NCBI GenBank assembly: GCA_040767085.1
Contig: JAXGPF010000004.1
Location: 288,001 to 352,000 of the forward strand
Source of the DNA: Kiritimatiellia bacterium
GTDB lineage: Bacteria > Verrucomicrobiota > Kiritimatiellia > JAAZAB01
Reading direction: 5' to 3'
DNA length: 64,000 bases
Every line of letters begins with the position of its first letter. Position 1 is the stretch's first letter. Both the position numbers and the translations under genes were made by a program. Shown here in pieces: positions 19,553 to 28,784 of the stretch. A model generated the notes under the pieces. The model had not been told where the DNA came from. It saw nothing but the letters and a program-made list of their open reading frames with translations, and did no database searches.

Positions 19553-20779
19553 ATGCAGCCCGACGATCAAGTTGAATTGGAAATAACCGACCTGGCCTAT
19601 GGCGGCCGGGGCGTGGCCCGGCATGACGGCCGGGTGGTTTTCGTGCCGGGCGCGGCCCCGGGCGAACGGGTGCGGGCGCGGATTGTTAAAGCGCACGCCA
19701 AATTCGCCGAGGCGGATTTGATGGAAATCCTGCAAGCCGCGCCGGCGCGGATAACGCCCGCCTGCCCTTTGGCCGGCGTCTGCCCCGGCTGCTGTTACCA
19801 GCACCTGGACTATGCCGAGGAACTGCGCGCCAAGTCCATGCAGATCAAGTCATTAATGCAGCGGATGGCGCATCTGGAGCAGTTTGAGTTTCTCCCGGCG
19901 CAGCCGTCCCCGCAGCCGCTGGGATACCGCAACAAAATCGTCCTGCATGCCGACATTCAACCGGATACCCATGCGCGGTGGGGCTATTATGGGCACGACA
20001 ACCGCACCATCCTGGATGTGCCGGCCTGCCCGCTGGCTGACCCCCGCATCAACGCCAAACTGGCGGAGTTGCGCGCGGGCGGCGTGGATTACGGCAAAGG
20101 AGCAAAGCCATCCACCAGCGCGCCTGAACTCACACTCCGTTGCACCGCACAGGATGGCGCGCAATATTGGGTGGGCACGCCCGATCCCCGCGCGCCCTGG
20201 CTGCGCGAAGAAACGTTGCTGGGGGAACTCCGCGTGCCGCGCGGCAGCTTTTTTCAAGTCAATCCCGCGGTCGCCAACCTGCTGACCGCGGCGGTGCAAG
20301 CCCGGATTAAAGCCTGGCAGCCGCCGATGTTCTGGGATGTATATTGCGGCGCCGGCCTGTTTGCCCTGGCTGCGGCGGCGGCCGGGGTGCCGTCAGCGGC
20401 GGGAGTGGATAATGACGGCGCGGCCATCCGGGCGGCCCGGCATAATGCGCGAAAGCTGGCCGCCGGAAGTATTCATTTTGAAAAGCAGGATGCCGCCGCC
20501 GGCCTGCGCCAACTGGCGCAAGCCCACCCGGGCGCCGACGCGCTGATCATGCTGGACCCGCCGCGCACCGGACTGGAGCGCAACGTCATTGCCACACTCG
20601 CGGAATTGCGGCCCAACCGGATGATTTACAGTTCCTGCGCCGCGGACACGCTGGCGCGCGACCTGGCGCGCCTCGCCCAGGCCGGCTACCGCCTGGAATC
20701 GCTGCAAATTTTTGACATGTTCCCCCGCACCATGCATTGCGAATGCCTGGCCTGCCTGGAGCAGGCGCCGGCCGGGTGA
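19553..20779 (+). CDS. rlmD: 23S rRNA m5U methyltransferase RlmD/TrmA family
   Basis: TRAM domain (GRVVFVPGAAPGE), C-x5-C-x2-C Fe-S motif, SFFQVN, DVYCGAG, LDPPRTG, YSSC, FDMFPRT.H.E. Confidence 0.88.
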   Translation: MQPDDQVELEITDLAYGGRGVARHDGRVVFVPGAAPGERVRARIVKAHAKFAEADLMEILQAAPARITPACPLAGVCPGCCYQHLDYAEELRAKSMQIKSLMQRMAHLEQFEFLPAQPSPQPLGYRNKIVLHADIQPDTHARWGYYGHDNRTILDVPACPLADPRINAKLAELRAGGVDYGKGAKPSTSAPELTLRCTAQDGAQYWVGTPDPRAPWLREETLLGELRVPRGSFFQVNPAVANLLTAAVQARIKAWQPPMFWDVYCGAGLFALAAAAAGVPSAAGVDNDGAAIRAARHNARKLAAGSIHFEKQDAAAGLRQLAQAHPGADALIMLDPPRTGLERNVIATLAELRPNRMIYSSCAADTLARDLARLAQAGYRLESLQIFDMFPRTMHCECLACLEQAPAG

Positions 20780-20791
20780 CACCCGCCCGGA

Positions 20792-22243
20792 TCAAACAGA
20801 CGGGAACACGGTGCGAACCTGGAAAGACGCGCCGCGGATTTCATCCAAATGCGTCGCATCCCGCATCTGCCCCACCGCCTGGATTTGCATTAACAGGTTG
20901 CCGGCCGCGGCTGCTTCCAGGGGGCCGATATCCACGGGCAGTCCGCAGGCGTCCGCCAGCCATTGGCAGAGCAAGGCATTCCGGCTGCCGCCGCCCACGA
21001 TCCGCACGCGGCGGAATGGCCGGCCGGCAGCCGCTTCCAGAATGCGCATATCGTCGCGACAGGCTTGCGCCAGGCTGCGGTACACAATCCGCGCCGTATC
21101 TCCCGGTGATGCCGGCGGTTGCCGGCCCGCGGCGCGGCAGACCTCCCGGATCGCGGCGGGCACATCCGCCGCTTCAGCAATCCGCGGGTCATGCACGTCA
21201 ATCAGGGATTGATTGGCGGAGGCGGCCGCCGCGTCCGTCAACTCCGCCGGGGACCAATCCCGGCCTTCCGCCCGCCAGGCGCGCCGGCATTGCTGGATCA
21301 GCCAGAGCCCCAACCCGCCGCGCCAAACGCCCCAGCCGCCCCCGGGCATTCCCAGCAGGGTAACCGGCGCCGCCGGGACTTCGAGGTCGTCAGCGCGGCT
21401 CCGCCGGAGTCGTCGCCCAGCCGTATCCGGAGCACGGATGCCCAGCATGATCCACGTGCCGCAGCTGACGAAGAGCGTATCGGTTTCCGTTGACGGCAAA
21501 ACATGAAACGCGGCCGGCGTGTCGTGCCCGGCGGTCAACACCACCGGCAGGCCGTTCCAGGCGGGAGCGGGCGCACGGTCGGCCGGGATGCAGCCCAGAA
21601 TGGCCGGCGCTGTTTTTAATTCCGGCAGAATCTCCGCCGGGATGTCCAGTTGCGCCAGCAGGGCGCGGTCCCAGCCGCCGGACTGGCGGTTACACATTTG
21701 CGCGGCAGATGCCATGGTCCAGTCGGTGCCCGCCGCGCCGCATAAATCGTAATGGCCGAGATCGGCGATGTGCAGCAAACGCCGGGCCCGCGCCAGCCGG
21801 TCCGGCTCCTGGGCCGCCATGGCGCGCAACTGGCAGAGCGTGGTGATGTTGGTCGGAGCGACTCCCGCGCGGCGCACCAGTTCTTCCGGGGCAATTACAT
21901 CCCGGAATTTTTCCGGCATGCCGCTGGTCCGGGAATCGAGGTATGACACCGGATCGCCGAGCAAGTTTCCGGACTCATCCAGCAGGCCGAAATCCTGGGC
22001 CCAACTGCAACAGCTCACCGATTGCGGTGGCGGCAAGGCAGCCAGTCCGCGGCGGATTTCCGAACGAATCAGGGCCCAGTCCCAGCGCAGCCGGCCATCG
22101 CGCAAGGACGCGGTATGTTCAAAACGATGCGTCTCGCGGATATCCAGTCGGACGCCATCCAGCAGCCGGCCGGTCATGATCCGGCCATTGCTGGCGCCCA
22201 GGTCAATTGCCGCGAAGGTTGGATTTTTGATGGGGGGCATCAT
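20792..22243 (-). CDS. Rhamnulokinase-like FGGY sugar kinase
   Basis: AIDLGASNGR, SWAQDFGLLD, GHDT, SCGTW, VGGGSRN.LLCQW.ADA, GP.EAAAAGN. Confidence 0.9.
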   Translation of the reverse strand: MMPPIKNPTFAAIDLGASNGRIMTGRLLDGVRLDIRETHRFEHTASLRDGRLRWDWALIRSEIRRGLAALPPPQSVSCCSWAQDFGLLDESGNLLGDPVSYLDSRTSGMPEKFRDVIAPEELVRRAGVAPTNITTLCQLRAMAAQEPDRLARARRLLHIADLGHYDLCGAAGTDWTMASAAQMCNRQSGGWDRALLAQLDIPAEILPELKTAPAILGCIPADRAPAPAWNGLPVVLTAGHDTPAAFHVLPSTETDTLFVSCGTWIMLGIRAPDTAGRRLRRSRADDLEVPAAPVTLLGMPGGGWGVWRGGLGLWLIQQCRRAWRAEGRDWSPAELTDAAAASANQSLIDVHDPRIAEAADVPAAIREVCRAAGRQPPASPGDTARIVYRSLAQACRDDMRILEAAAGRPFRRVRIVGGGSRNALLCQWLADACGLPVDIGPLEAAAAGNLLMQIQAVGQMRDATHLDEIRGASFQVRTVFPSV

Positions 22244-22286
22244 CAAGGAAAATCATTGCCGGCATTGTTTATATTGCAATTCAGAT

Positions 22287-22437
22287 GCCGGATGCATCAC
22301 ACATTGACGCTACTATAGGATGCGCAACACAGTTGCGCCGCTACAGGACGGAGGCCGGATGCATCACACAGTAACGCTACTACAAATCGGAACGGCGGCC
22401 AAGGGACCCAGGCTTTGCCAAGGCTACGCCGGGCAAG
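22287..22437. repeat. Cluster of REP-like repeats
   Basis: GCCGGATGCATCACACA(TTG/GTA)ACGCTACTA at 22287 and 22354, related GGATGCGCAACACAGTTGCGCCGCTACA between them (GTAG + hairpin on the minus strand), and CTTTGCCAAGGCTACGCCGGGCAAG at ~22413. Confidence 0.65.
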
Positions 22438-22507
22438 CTGGCCGCCCTACCCATTCGTCAATAATCATCCAGTCTATTTTGAGAACATTAATATCATAGA
22501 AAAACGG

Positions 22508-23890
22508 TCAACTCAGCACTTCCATGTCAAACAATTTTGCAAATTCCAGCACCCCGGCGGCGCAATCCGCCGGCGCCACGCAGCAATGATGCGCCCGCAT
22601 GTTCCGCACAAAATCCTGCCAGGGGCCCGCCAGGCTGATATAAGCCCAGGGCCAGACGCCGGCCATGCCGCCCATCTCGGACCGGTCATGCGGTTCATCC
22701 ACCGCCCTGCCGCGCGCCAGATGGATCACGTACCGGCCCTTGATGCGGCCGAACCGCGCCACGGTCACCGGACCGGCCGGCAGCACGAAATGGGTGCAGG
22801 CGCCGCCCTGGCACAGGTGGCGCTTGCGCTGCTCGTCCCAGGTCCCCTGCACCACCGGGCAGTCATGCAGTTCCACCTGGCGCGTGCCGCCCGCCAGGCT
22901 GGGCGCCGCCATGCCGCAGTTCAGGATGCGCACCAGGTTGCGCTCCCGGTCTATGTACTGCACGTCGCCAAACATCGCCGGCCGGCCGGCCAGCCGGCCG
23001 AGCAGGAACATGCCCAGGGCATTATTGATATCGTTCTCGCAGGCCACGATGTAGCCGGCGTCATTCCAAAGCGCGATCGGCAGGCAGGGGGCGAGATAAT
23101 TGTCAATCAAGTCCGGCTGGCACTGGATGCCCGCGAAACTCCAGCCGCGTTCTTCGAACAGGTCCGCGCCGGCCGCGAACAAACGCGCCGACCGCTCGAG
23201 CGCCCGCGGCGCACAGGCGATGCGCTTGAATGACGCGCGCCATTTTTTCACCAGCGGCCGCACCCGGGCGGCCGACACGGCCTGGGCGCGGTGGATCAGG
23301 GTCCACTGCTCCACCGGGTCAACATGCATGCCGAACATCCGGCGCAACTGGTTTTCATCCGAACTCATGGGCAGCATTTCCAGGCAACGCCCGCCGATGG
23401 CGCCATACACCGCACCCTGCAAATCCGCGCGGGCCGCGCAGGCGCGCGCCCATTGCTGGAGCGATGTCCGCGTATCGTTCTCCAACCCGCCGTAGAATAA
23501 CTGGTGGCCGGCGCCGATTTCGTCCAGCGCCCCGTGCGCCACGCCCAGGCCGATCAGCGAGGCATCCTGCCGGCTGGGCAAGGCCCACAGGCAGCACGGC
23601 ACGCCCGCCTGCTGGGCAATCCCGGCGGTGACGTTGGAGCGGTGAAACCAGGCCGTGCGGATCAGGATGCCGCAGACGCCGGCGCGCCGCATTTTTTCCA
23701 ACGCCTGGCGCGCCTTGGGTTCAGTATCCACCACGATGCCGGCAGCGGCCGCCCGGATGCCGGCGGTTTTCAGCCAGGCGATATTCCGGGCGCTGTCCTT
23801 GAGAATATCGCTGAACATTTTCGGCCCCAGCCGCGGATCCGCCACATCCAGGTACCCGATCACAGGTTGGCAACGATAAGCATTACGCAT
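22508..23890 (-). CDS. L-fucose/L-arabinose isomerase family protein
   Basis: YGAIGGRCLEM, GIQCQPDL, ACENDIN, NCG, C-terminal AHH; alternative TTG start at 23908. Confidence 0.82.
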   Translation of the reverse strand: MRNAYRCQPVIGYLDVADPRLGPKMFSDILKDSARNIAWLKTAGIRAAAAGIVVDTEPKARQALEKMRRAGVCGILIRTAWFHRSNVTAGIAQQAGVPCCLWALPSRQDASLIGLGVAHGALDEIGAGHQLFYGGLENDTRTSLQQWARACAARADLQGAVYGAIGGRCLEMLPMSSDENQLRRMFGMHVDPVEQWTLIHRAQAVSAARVRPLVKKWRASFKRIACAPRALERSARLFAAGADLFEERGWSFAGIQCQPDLIDNYLAPCLPIALWNDAGYIVACENDINNALGMFLLGRLAGRPAMFGDVQYIDRERNLVRILNCGMAAPSLAGGTRQVELHDCPVVQGTWDEQRKRHLCQGGACTHFVLPAGPVTVARFGRIKGRYVIHLARGRAVDEPHDRSEMGGMAGVWPWAYISLAGPWQDFVRNMRAHHCCVAPADCAAGVLEFAKLFDMEVLS

Positions 23891-23953
23891 GGCAAGTATG
23901 TACTTCAAATGGGTTCAAGCTTCACGGTTCAGGATTCAAAGTACGGGATTCAG

Positions 23954-24751
23954 TCAGCCGCAGAAGGTGCGGCCGCCGTCCACATACAGCGACTGACCGG
24001 TGATGTAGGACGCGCGGTCAGACAGCAGGAACAGCACCGCCTGCGCAACGTCCTCAGGCCGGCCCAGTCGGCGCAATGGCACTTTTTCCGCCAGTAGCCG
24101 GCGTTTTTCCGGGTCGGGATGCCGCTGGCGCAGCAAGTCGGTATCAATCAAGGAAGGATGGACCAGGTTGCACCGGATACCCGCTGGGGCGAATTCCCTG
24201 GTAATCGCGCGGTTCAATCCCTCCAGGCCGGCCTTGGCCGAGGCATAGTCGGCCCGGCCGCCGCCGCCGGCCACGATGGCGGCCGACCCGATCAGCGCCA
24301 GCGCTCCGCCGCCAGCCGAACGCAGATGCGGGATCGCAGCCTGCGCGGCGATAAACGCGCCATTCAGGTTGATATCCACCACCCGGCGCCAGTCAGCCGC
24401 CGTCAGGTTCATGAATCCCACGGGCGAGGTGAAGCCGGCCGCGTACACCAATCCGTGCAACCCCTGCCAGCGCGCAGCCACCTCGTCCACGAAAGCGCGG
24501 GTGCCGGCGTCATCCGTGCAGTCCACCGCCCGGTCGCAGCAGTCCGCGCCAACCGCCTCCAACTGCCGGCGCAATTCCGCACTGCCGGCGGTATCGGCCG
24601 GATTGCCGAGGTGCGTCCAGGCCGCCCGCGCCCCGGCCTCGCCCAGCAGGCGGCAGACCATTGCGCCGATGCCGCGGGCGCCGCCGATGACGATGTAGGA
24701 TTTGTTTAGAAAACCGGAATCGGCGATGGGATTACGATCTATTTCTTTCAT
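23954..24751 (-). CDS. SDR family oxidoreductase
   Basis: IGGARGIG, INLNG, YASAK; GGAGG RBS. Confidence 0.92.
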   Translation of the reverse strand: MKEIDRNPIADSGFLNKSYIVIGGARGIGAMVCRLLGEAGARAAWTHLGNPADTAGSAELRRQLEAVGADCCDRAVDCTDDAGTRAFVDEVAARWQGLHGLVYAAGFTSPVGFMNLTAADWRRVVDINLNGAFIAAQAAIPHLRSAGGGALALIGSAAIVAGGGGRADYASAKAGLEGLNRAITREFAPAGIRCNLVHPSLIDTDLLRQRHPDPEKRRLLAEKVPLRRLGRPEDVAQAVLFLLSDRASYITGQSLYVDGGRTFCG

Positions 24752-24780
24752 GCTGACCTCCACCAGGGGCGCCAGGGCAG

Positions 24781-26115
24781 TCAGGGCCGCAACACCTGTT
24801 TAACGCTCTTCTCGAATTTTTCCAGGATTTCATCGCACTCCGTCCGGTTGACAATCAGGGGCGGCTTGACTTTCAACACCTGCTTGCGCACGCCGCCCAG
24901 GCCGAAGATCACGCCGTTTTGCATGCCGGCATTGCGGATGGCGACGGTCTCCTTTTCCAGCGGCTGCTTGCTCTGGGGATCGCGGACGAATTCCACGCCG
25001 ATGTGCAGGCCGGCCTGGCGCACATCGCCGATTTCGGGATAAGTTGACATCATGGCACGCAGACGCTCGCCCAGGTAAGCGCCCATCCGGCGGCAATTTT
25101 CCAGGACGCCCTGCTCAAGCATCTGCAATTGCTTGGCGGCGGTCACCATGGACAAGGTCGGACTGGCGAAGGTGTGCAATTCTTCCGTATCGGGCTGGAA
25201 GCCTTGCAACTTATCGGAAATGATGATTCCCGCCAGCGGCAGGCCGGCGCCCAGCGCCTTGCCCAGGACGATGATGTCGGGCGTGACCTTGAAATAATCC
25301 GCGGCGAACATTTCGCCGATCCGGCCGAAGGTCTGGATCTCGTCAAACACCAGCAAGGTCTGGTATTCATCGCACAGCTTGCGCAAGCCTTCCAGGTAGC
25401 GCCGGGGCACGATAATCTGTCCCGCACTGGCCTGGATCGGCTCGACGATCACGCCCGCCGGCCGGCCGGCAATGCCGCGTTCGAAAGTCTCGCGCGCCAT
25501 GGTCAGGCACATGTCAACGTAGGTTTCCGGGTCCGCATTGAAGGGATTGCGGTAGGTATAAGGATTGGGAATGCGGACAAACGGGCGCGTCAACGACAGG
25601 AAGCGGCTGCCGCCCATGTATCCGCCATTGGCATGCGTAGAAATCCAACTGGAGCCCATCGTGCCCAGGGTGGTGCCGTGGTAGCTGTCATGCAGGCAGA
25701 CGAAATCCCGGCCCGTTTCGACGTTCTTGACGCAAATCTTCATGGCCCCTTCGATCGCCGGCCCGCCGCCGACGGTGAAGGAAACGCGGTTCAGGCCGTC
25801 CGGCGCGAGCTGCGCCAGCTTGCGCGCCAGGTAAAAGCGCGGCTTGGAATCGAATCCCTGGTGGACGTGGGTCAACGACTCGATATGCTCGCGGATCACC
25901 TGGTTGACGGCGGCGTTGGCATATCCCAGATACAGCGCCCAGCTTTGAGAAGTGCAGTCAATGTAATCTTTGCCCGCGGCATCCCAGACGCGCACGCCCT
26001 TGCCCCGCACCAACACCGGCCCGCCGCGGGTGCCGCCGCCCAGCATGACGTGCCGGGCGCACTCCTCCATCTGGCTGGCATCCAAACTGTAGATTTCCTG
26101 CAGCAATGCATCCAT
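24781..26115 (-). CDS. Class III PLP-dependent aminotransferase
   Basis: RGKGVRVWD..GK.YID, SYHGTT, VEPIQ, FDEIQT, PDII.LGK (PLP Lys). Confidence 0.93.
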   Translation of the reverse strand: MDALLQEIYSLDASQMEECARHVMLGGGTRGGPVLVRGKGVRVWDAAGKDYIDCTSQSWALYLGYANAAVNQVIREHIESLTHVHQGFDSKPRFYLARKLAQLAPDGLNRVSFTVGGGPAIEGAMKICVKNVETGRDFVCLHDSYHGTTLGTMGSSWISTHANGGYMGGSRFLSLTRPFVRIPNPYTYRNPFNADPETYVDMCLTMARETFERGIAGRPAGVIVEPIQASAGQIIVPRRYLEGLRKLCDEYQTLLVFDEIQTFGRIGEMFAADYFKVTPDIIVLGKALGAGLPLAGIIISDKLQGFQPDTEELHTFASPTLSMVTAAKQLQMLEQGVLENCRRMGAYLGERLRAMMSTYPEIGDVRQAGLHIGVEFVRDPQSKQPLEKETVAIRNAGMQNGVIFGLGGVRKQVLKVKPPLIVNRTECDEILEKFEKSVKQVLRP

Positions 26116-26216
26116 GTTTTCCTCCCGCGGCTATATGCTTATCGGTTAACGGCGCCAATATAGCCTCGGCGCAGCGGGAAACACAACCGCGAATATCTAC
26201 AAAGATTGATCGGAAT

Positions 26217-27263
26217 CTACACTCGCCGGCCCGGCCCCTGCCGGGCCGGCGGCCGGGAGCCGCGGATCTCTCCCCCGGCGCGCTGAACCGAATCGCGGTA
26301 AACCGTCGGCGACATGCCGTACACCTGGCGGAAGATACGGTCAAACGACGCATTGCTGCCGAAGCCGCAGGCAGCAATGATTTCCTTGATGCTGAGCGCG
26401 GGATTCTTCAGCAGGCTTTGCGCCTGGCCCAGGCGCACTTCATGCAGGTAGTGCTTGAAAGAGATCCCCAGGGTCCGGGTGAACAGCGCGGAAAGATAAT
26501 TCGGCGTGATGCCCAATTCCGCCGCCAGCCCCCCGACGGAAAGCGGCCGGTGGTAATCCTGGCGGATACGCGCCAGGGCCGACGCCAGTACCCGGCTGGA
26601 ATGTTCCGCCGGCGCCCGGCGCAGCACCATCACCGTCCGATAGCACAAATACAGCAGCAACTCGCGGAGGGTGTCCAGGTCGAAAGCCTGGTCCTGACGC
26701 AGGGCGCTCCAGGCCGGCGCGCCGCCCATGGGAATGGTTACAATGCGTTTGCGGTAAAAATAACGCAGCGGCTGGCCCGCCGCTGCCGGGGCGAAGCCGG
26801 TCCAACTCACCGCGTAATGGGCCTCATACAGCAAAAACCACAGCAAGCCGTAACCGGCGTCGGCGCGGCTGTAGGCATCCACGTGGGGCTGGTACGGCGG
26901 AACGAAGATCACATCGCCGGCCTGGCAGGGATAAACGCGGTCCTGGATCAGGAACCGGCATGCGCCCTGCAAGACCAGCGCCACTTCGATATGCGCATGC
27001 ATGTGCTGGGTGTCGTAGCCGTAACGCGTGCGCAGCCGCCGGACATGCAGGCTGCGGCGGCCGAAGAGATTCAGGCACCGTTCGCGCCGTAAACCGGCAA
27101 CAATGGGCAGCGCCTGGTCAAACAGCGCCGCCACCAACTGCCGGAGGAAACCGCGGTCGAACTCGCTCTGAATTTCCACGCCCGGCCGATACTGGCTGAC
27201 CGTCAGTTGATCGCCATACCGGCAGGCGGACTTGTTGGCATGAAGGTGCATATTGACAGTCAC
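26217..27263 (-). CDS. AraC family regulator with cupin domain
   Basis: H.H.H.E cupin motif; C-terminal double HTH (LAAELGITPNYLS.LF...ACGF...F.RIF....G.SP..YR). Confidence 0.9.
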   Translation of the reverse strand: MTVNMHLHANKSACRYGDQLTVSQYRPGVEIQSEFDRGFLRQLVAALFDQALPIVAGLRRERCLNLFGRRSLHVRRLRTRYGYDTQHMHAHIEVALVLQGACRFLIQDRVYPCQAGDVIFVPPYQPHVDAYSRADAGYGLLWFLLYEAHYAVSWTGFAPAAAGQPLRYFYRKRIVTIPMGGAPAWSALRQDQAFDLDTLRELLLYLCYRTVMVLRRAPAEHSSRVLASALARIRQDYHRPLSVGGLAAELGITPNYLSALFTRTLGISFKHYLHEVRLGQAQSLLKNPALSIKEIIAACGFGSNASFDRIFRQVYGMSPTVYRDSVQRAGGEIRGSRPPARQGPGRRV

Positions 27264-27421
27264 ATTCGCTCCCGGACAGCCTGCCGGGCGCGGGACATGC
27301 GATCGCGCTTATCCAGCAAATCCGCGCAGAATTTCACGGTGGCATCATAAACAATCTGGGCTTTTTGAAAGGAAAGCAGCTCCTGGTAGCCGCCAGGCGG
27401 AGGTATGATGTTGACGGTCAT
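27260..27421 (-). pseudogene. Four-helix-bundle protein, N-terminal remnant (53 aa)
   Basis: Manual translation MTVNIIPPPGGYQELLSFQKAQIVYDATVKFCADLLDKRDR... matches the start of four-helix-bundle-suffix proteins; stops before the DQM..AARS motif. Confidence 0.7.
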
Positions 27422-27512
27422 GCTGTTCCTGAAACGGTAATTGACGCAAAAACAAAAACGACATAAGGCTTTCCGCCCTTACGTCATTTCCGTCTCTTCC
27501 ATGAATCACCAT

Positions 27513-27708
27513 CTGCGCCACGCGTAGCCCAACGGGCGAATTGAAAACCAGTTCCCATGGGCGCAGAAGAGCCGTGAAAACATTATACATTGCAAACTCT
27601 TTCGAGAAGCCCATGCTTCGTTGACCTGTGGTCAACTACGCAGGGCACGCTTCGCCCTCTGGCCTCCGCCGTGGCTGCGCCACGCGTAGCCCAACGGGCG
27701 AAGCGTGG
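27513..27708. repeat. REP-like repeats downstream of tRNA-Ser, including an exact 28-bp direct repeat
   Basis: CTGCGCCACGCGTAGCCCAACGGGCGAA at 27513-27540 and 27675-27702; CTTCG-TTGACC-tgt-GGTCAA-CTACG unit at 27616-27640. Confidence 0.8.
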
Positions 27709-27793
27709 CGGAAGGGGTGGGAGTCGAACCCACGGTCCCCGAGAGGACGCCGGTTTTCAAGACCGGTGCTTTAGACCACTCAGCCACCCTTCC
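27706..27793 (-). tRNA. tRNA-Ser(TGA)
   Basis: GGAAGGG acceptor, CT-TGA-AA loop, long variable arm, GGTTCGACT, CCA; 88 nt. Confidence 0.97.
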
Positions 27794-27973
27794 CTCTCCC
27801 GCAAAATTTTTATTTCCCGCGTGACTTTTCCGTCTGCAAATTGCACAATCAGCATTCAAAAGGAAGCGGAATTTCCGGGGACGCCCGGCGCGGCAAGCCC
27901 GCGCGGTGTTGGAATCGCCGGCAAACCGGCGCCGCAAGCGCCCAGCCGCAGCCACAAGCAAGGAAAGGATAAC

Positions 27974-28669
27974 ATGAGCTTGAATATTGTGCAACAAATT
28001 GATGACCGTGTCGCCGTGCGCAACGTGCTGATCAGCGCCTGGGACAAGACCGGGCTCGAAGACCTGGCGCGGAACCTGGCGGAGATCAATCCCGGCCTGA
28101 AAATTTATTCCACCGGCGGCACCTTTAAAGCCCTGCAGACGGCCCTGGGCCCGGATCGCGCCGCGCGCAACCTGGCCCAGGTATCCGCTTACACCGGCCA
28201 GCCGGAAATGCAGGGCGGTTTGGTGAAAACCCTGGATTTCAAAATTTACCTCGGGCTGCTGAGCGAAACCTACAATCCGGACCATGCCCGCGACTTGCAG
28301 CGCCTCCAGGCCCTGGCGATTGACATGGTGGTGGTGAACCTCTACCCGTTCGCCCGCGTGGTCGCCGAGCCCGGCGCCACGCCGGAACAGGCGCGCACGC
28401 ATATCGATATCGGCGGCCCTTGCATGATCCGCGCCGCCGCCAAGAATTTCCTGCGGGTGGCCGCCGTCACGCAACCCGGCGACTATGGGCCCATCATCCA
28501 GGAATTGCGGGAGAATCGCGGCGCCATCGGATTACAAACGCGCTTTGAACTGGCGCGCAAGGCCTTTGCGCACACGGCGGAATACGACCGCCACATCGCC
28601 GGGTACCTCCAGCAATGCGCATTCGAGCAGGTCAAGGCGGGGTACCGATGCGGCAATGGCGGCAACTAA
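27974..28669 (+). CDS. purH: Stand-alone IMP cyclohydrolase (PurH N-terminal domain)
   Basis: LISAWDKTGL, STGGT, GQPEMQGGLVKTL, VVVNLYPF, IDIGGP.MIRAAAKN, KAF.HTA.YD; own RBS and stop. Confidence 0.9.
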   Translation: MSLNIVQQIDDRVAVRNVLISAWDKTGLEDLARNLAEINPGLKIYSTGGTFKALQTALGPDRAARNLAQVSAYTGQPEMQGGLVKTLDFKIYLGLLSETYNPDHARDLQRLQALAIDMVVVNLYPFARVVAEPGATPEQARTHIDIGGPCMIRAAAKNFLRVAAVTQPGDYGPIIQELRENRGAIGLQTRFELARKAFAHTAEYDRHIAGYLQQCAFEQVKAGYRCGNGGN

Positions 28670-28784
28670 AAGACCTGCATCACGGATTCAGGGGAAAATG
28701 CCGTCAGCAAATCGCGCCGCGTTCGCGGCGCAACGGATTTAAACAGCCGGCCCTTGCCGGCATGAACATATAAGGAAATAAACC

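Noticed and set aside
22287-22383. Mini CRISPR array
   Set aside because: Only 2-3 divergent units, the 'spacer' is itself a related repeat, and there are no cas genes; fits REP better.
27800-27973. ZTP (pfl) riboswitch upstream of purH
   Set aside because: Could not find the conserved GACUGGCG...GGGGAGC and CGCCUGGGC elements.
27590-27973. N-terminal extension of the cyclohydrolase ORF in the track
   Set aside because: Overlaps tRNA-Ser and REP repeats; ATG 27974 has a strong RBS and matches the domain start.
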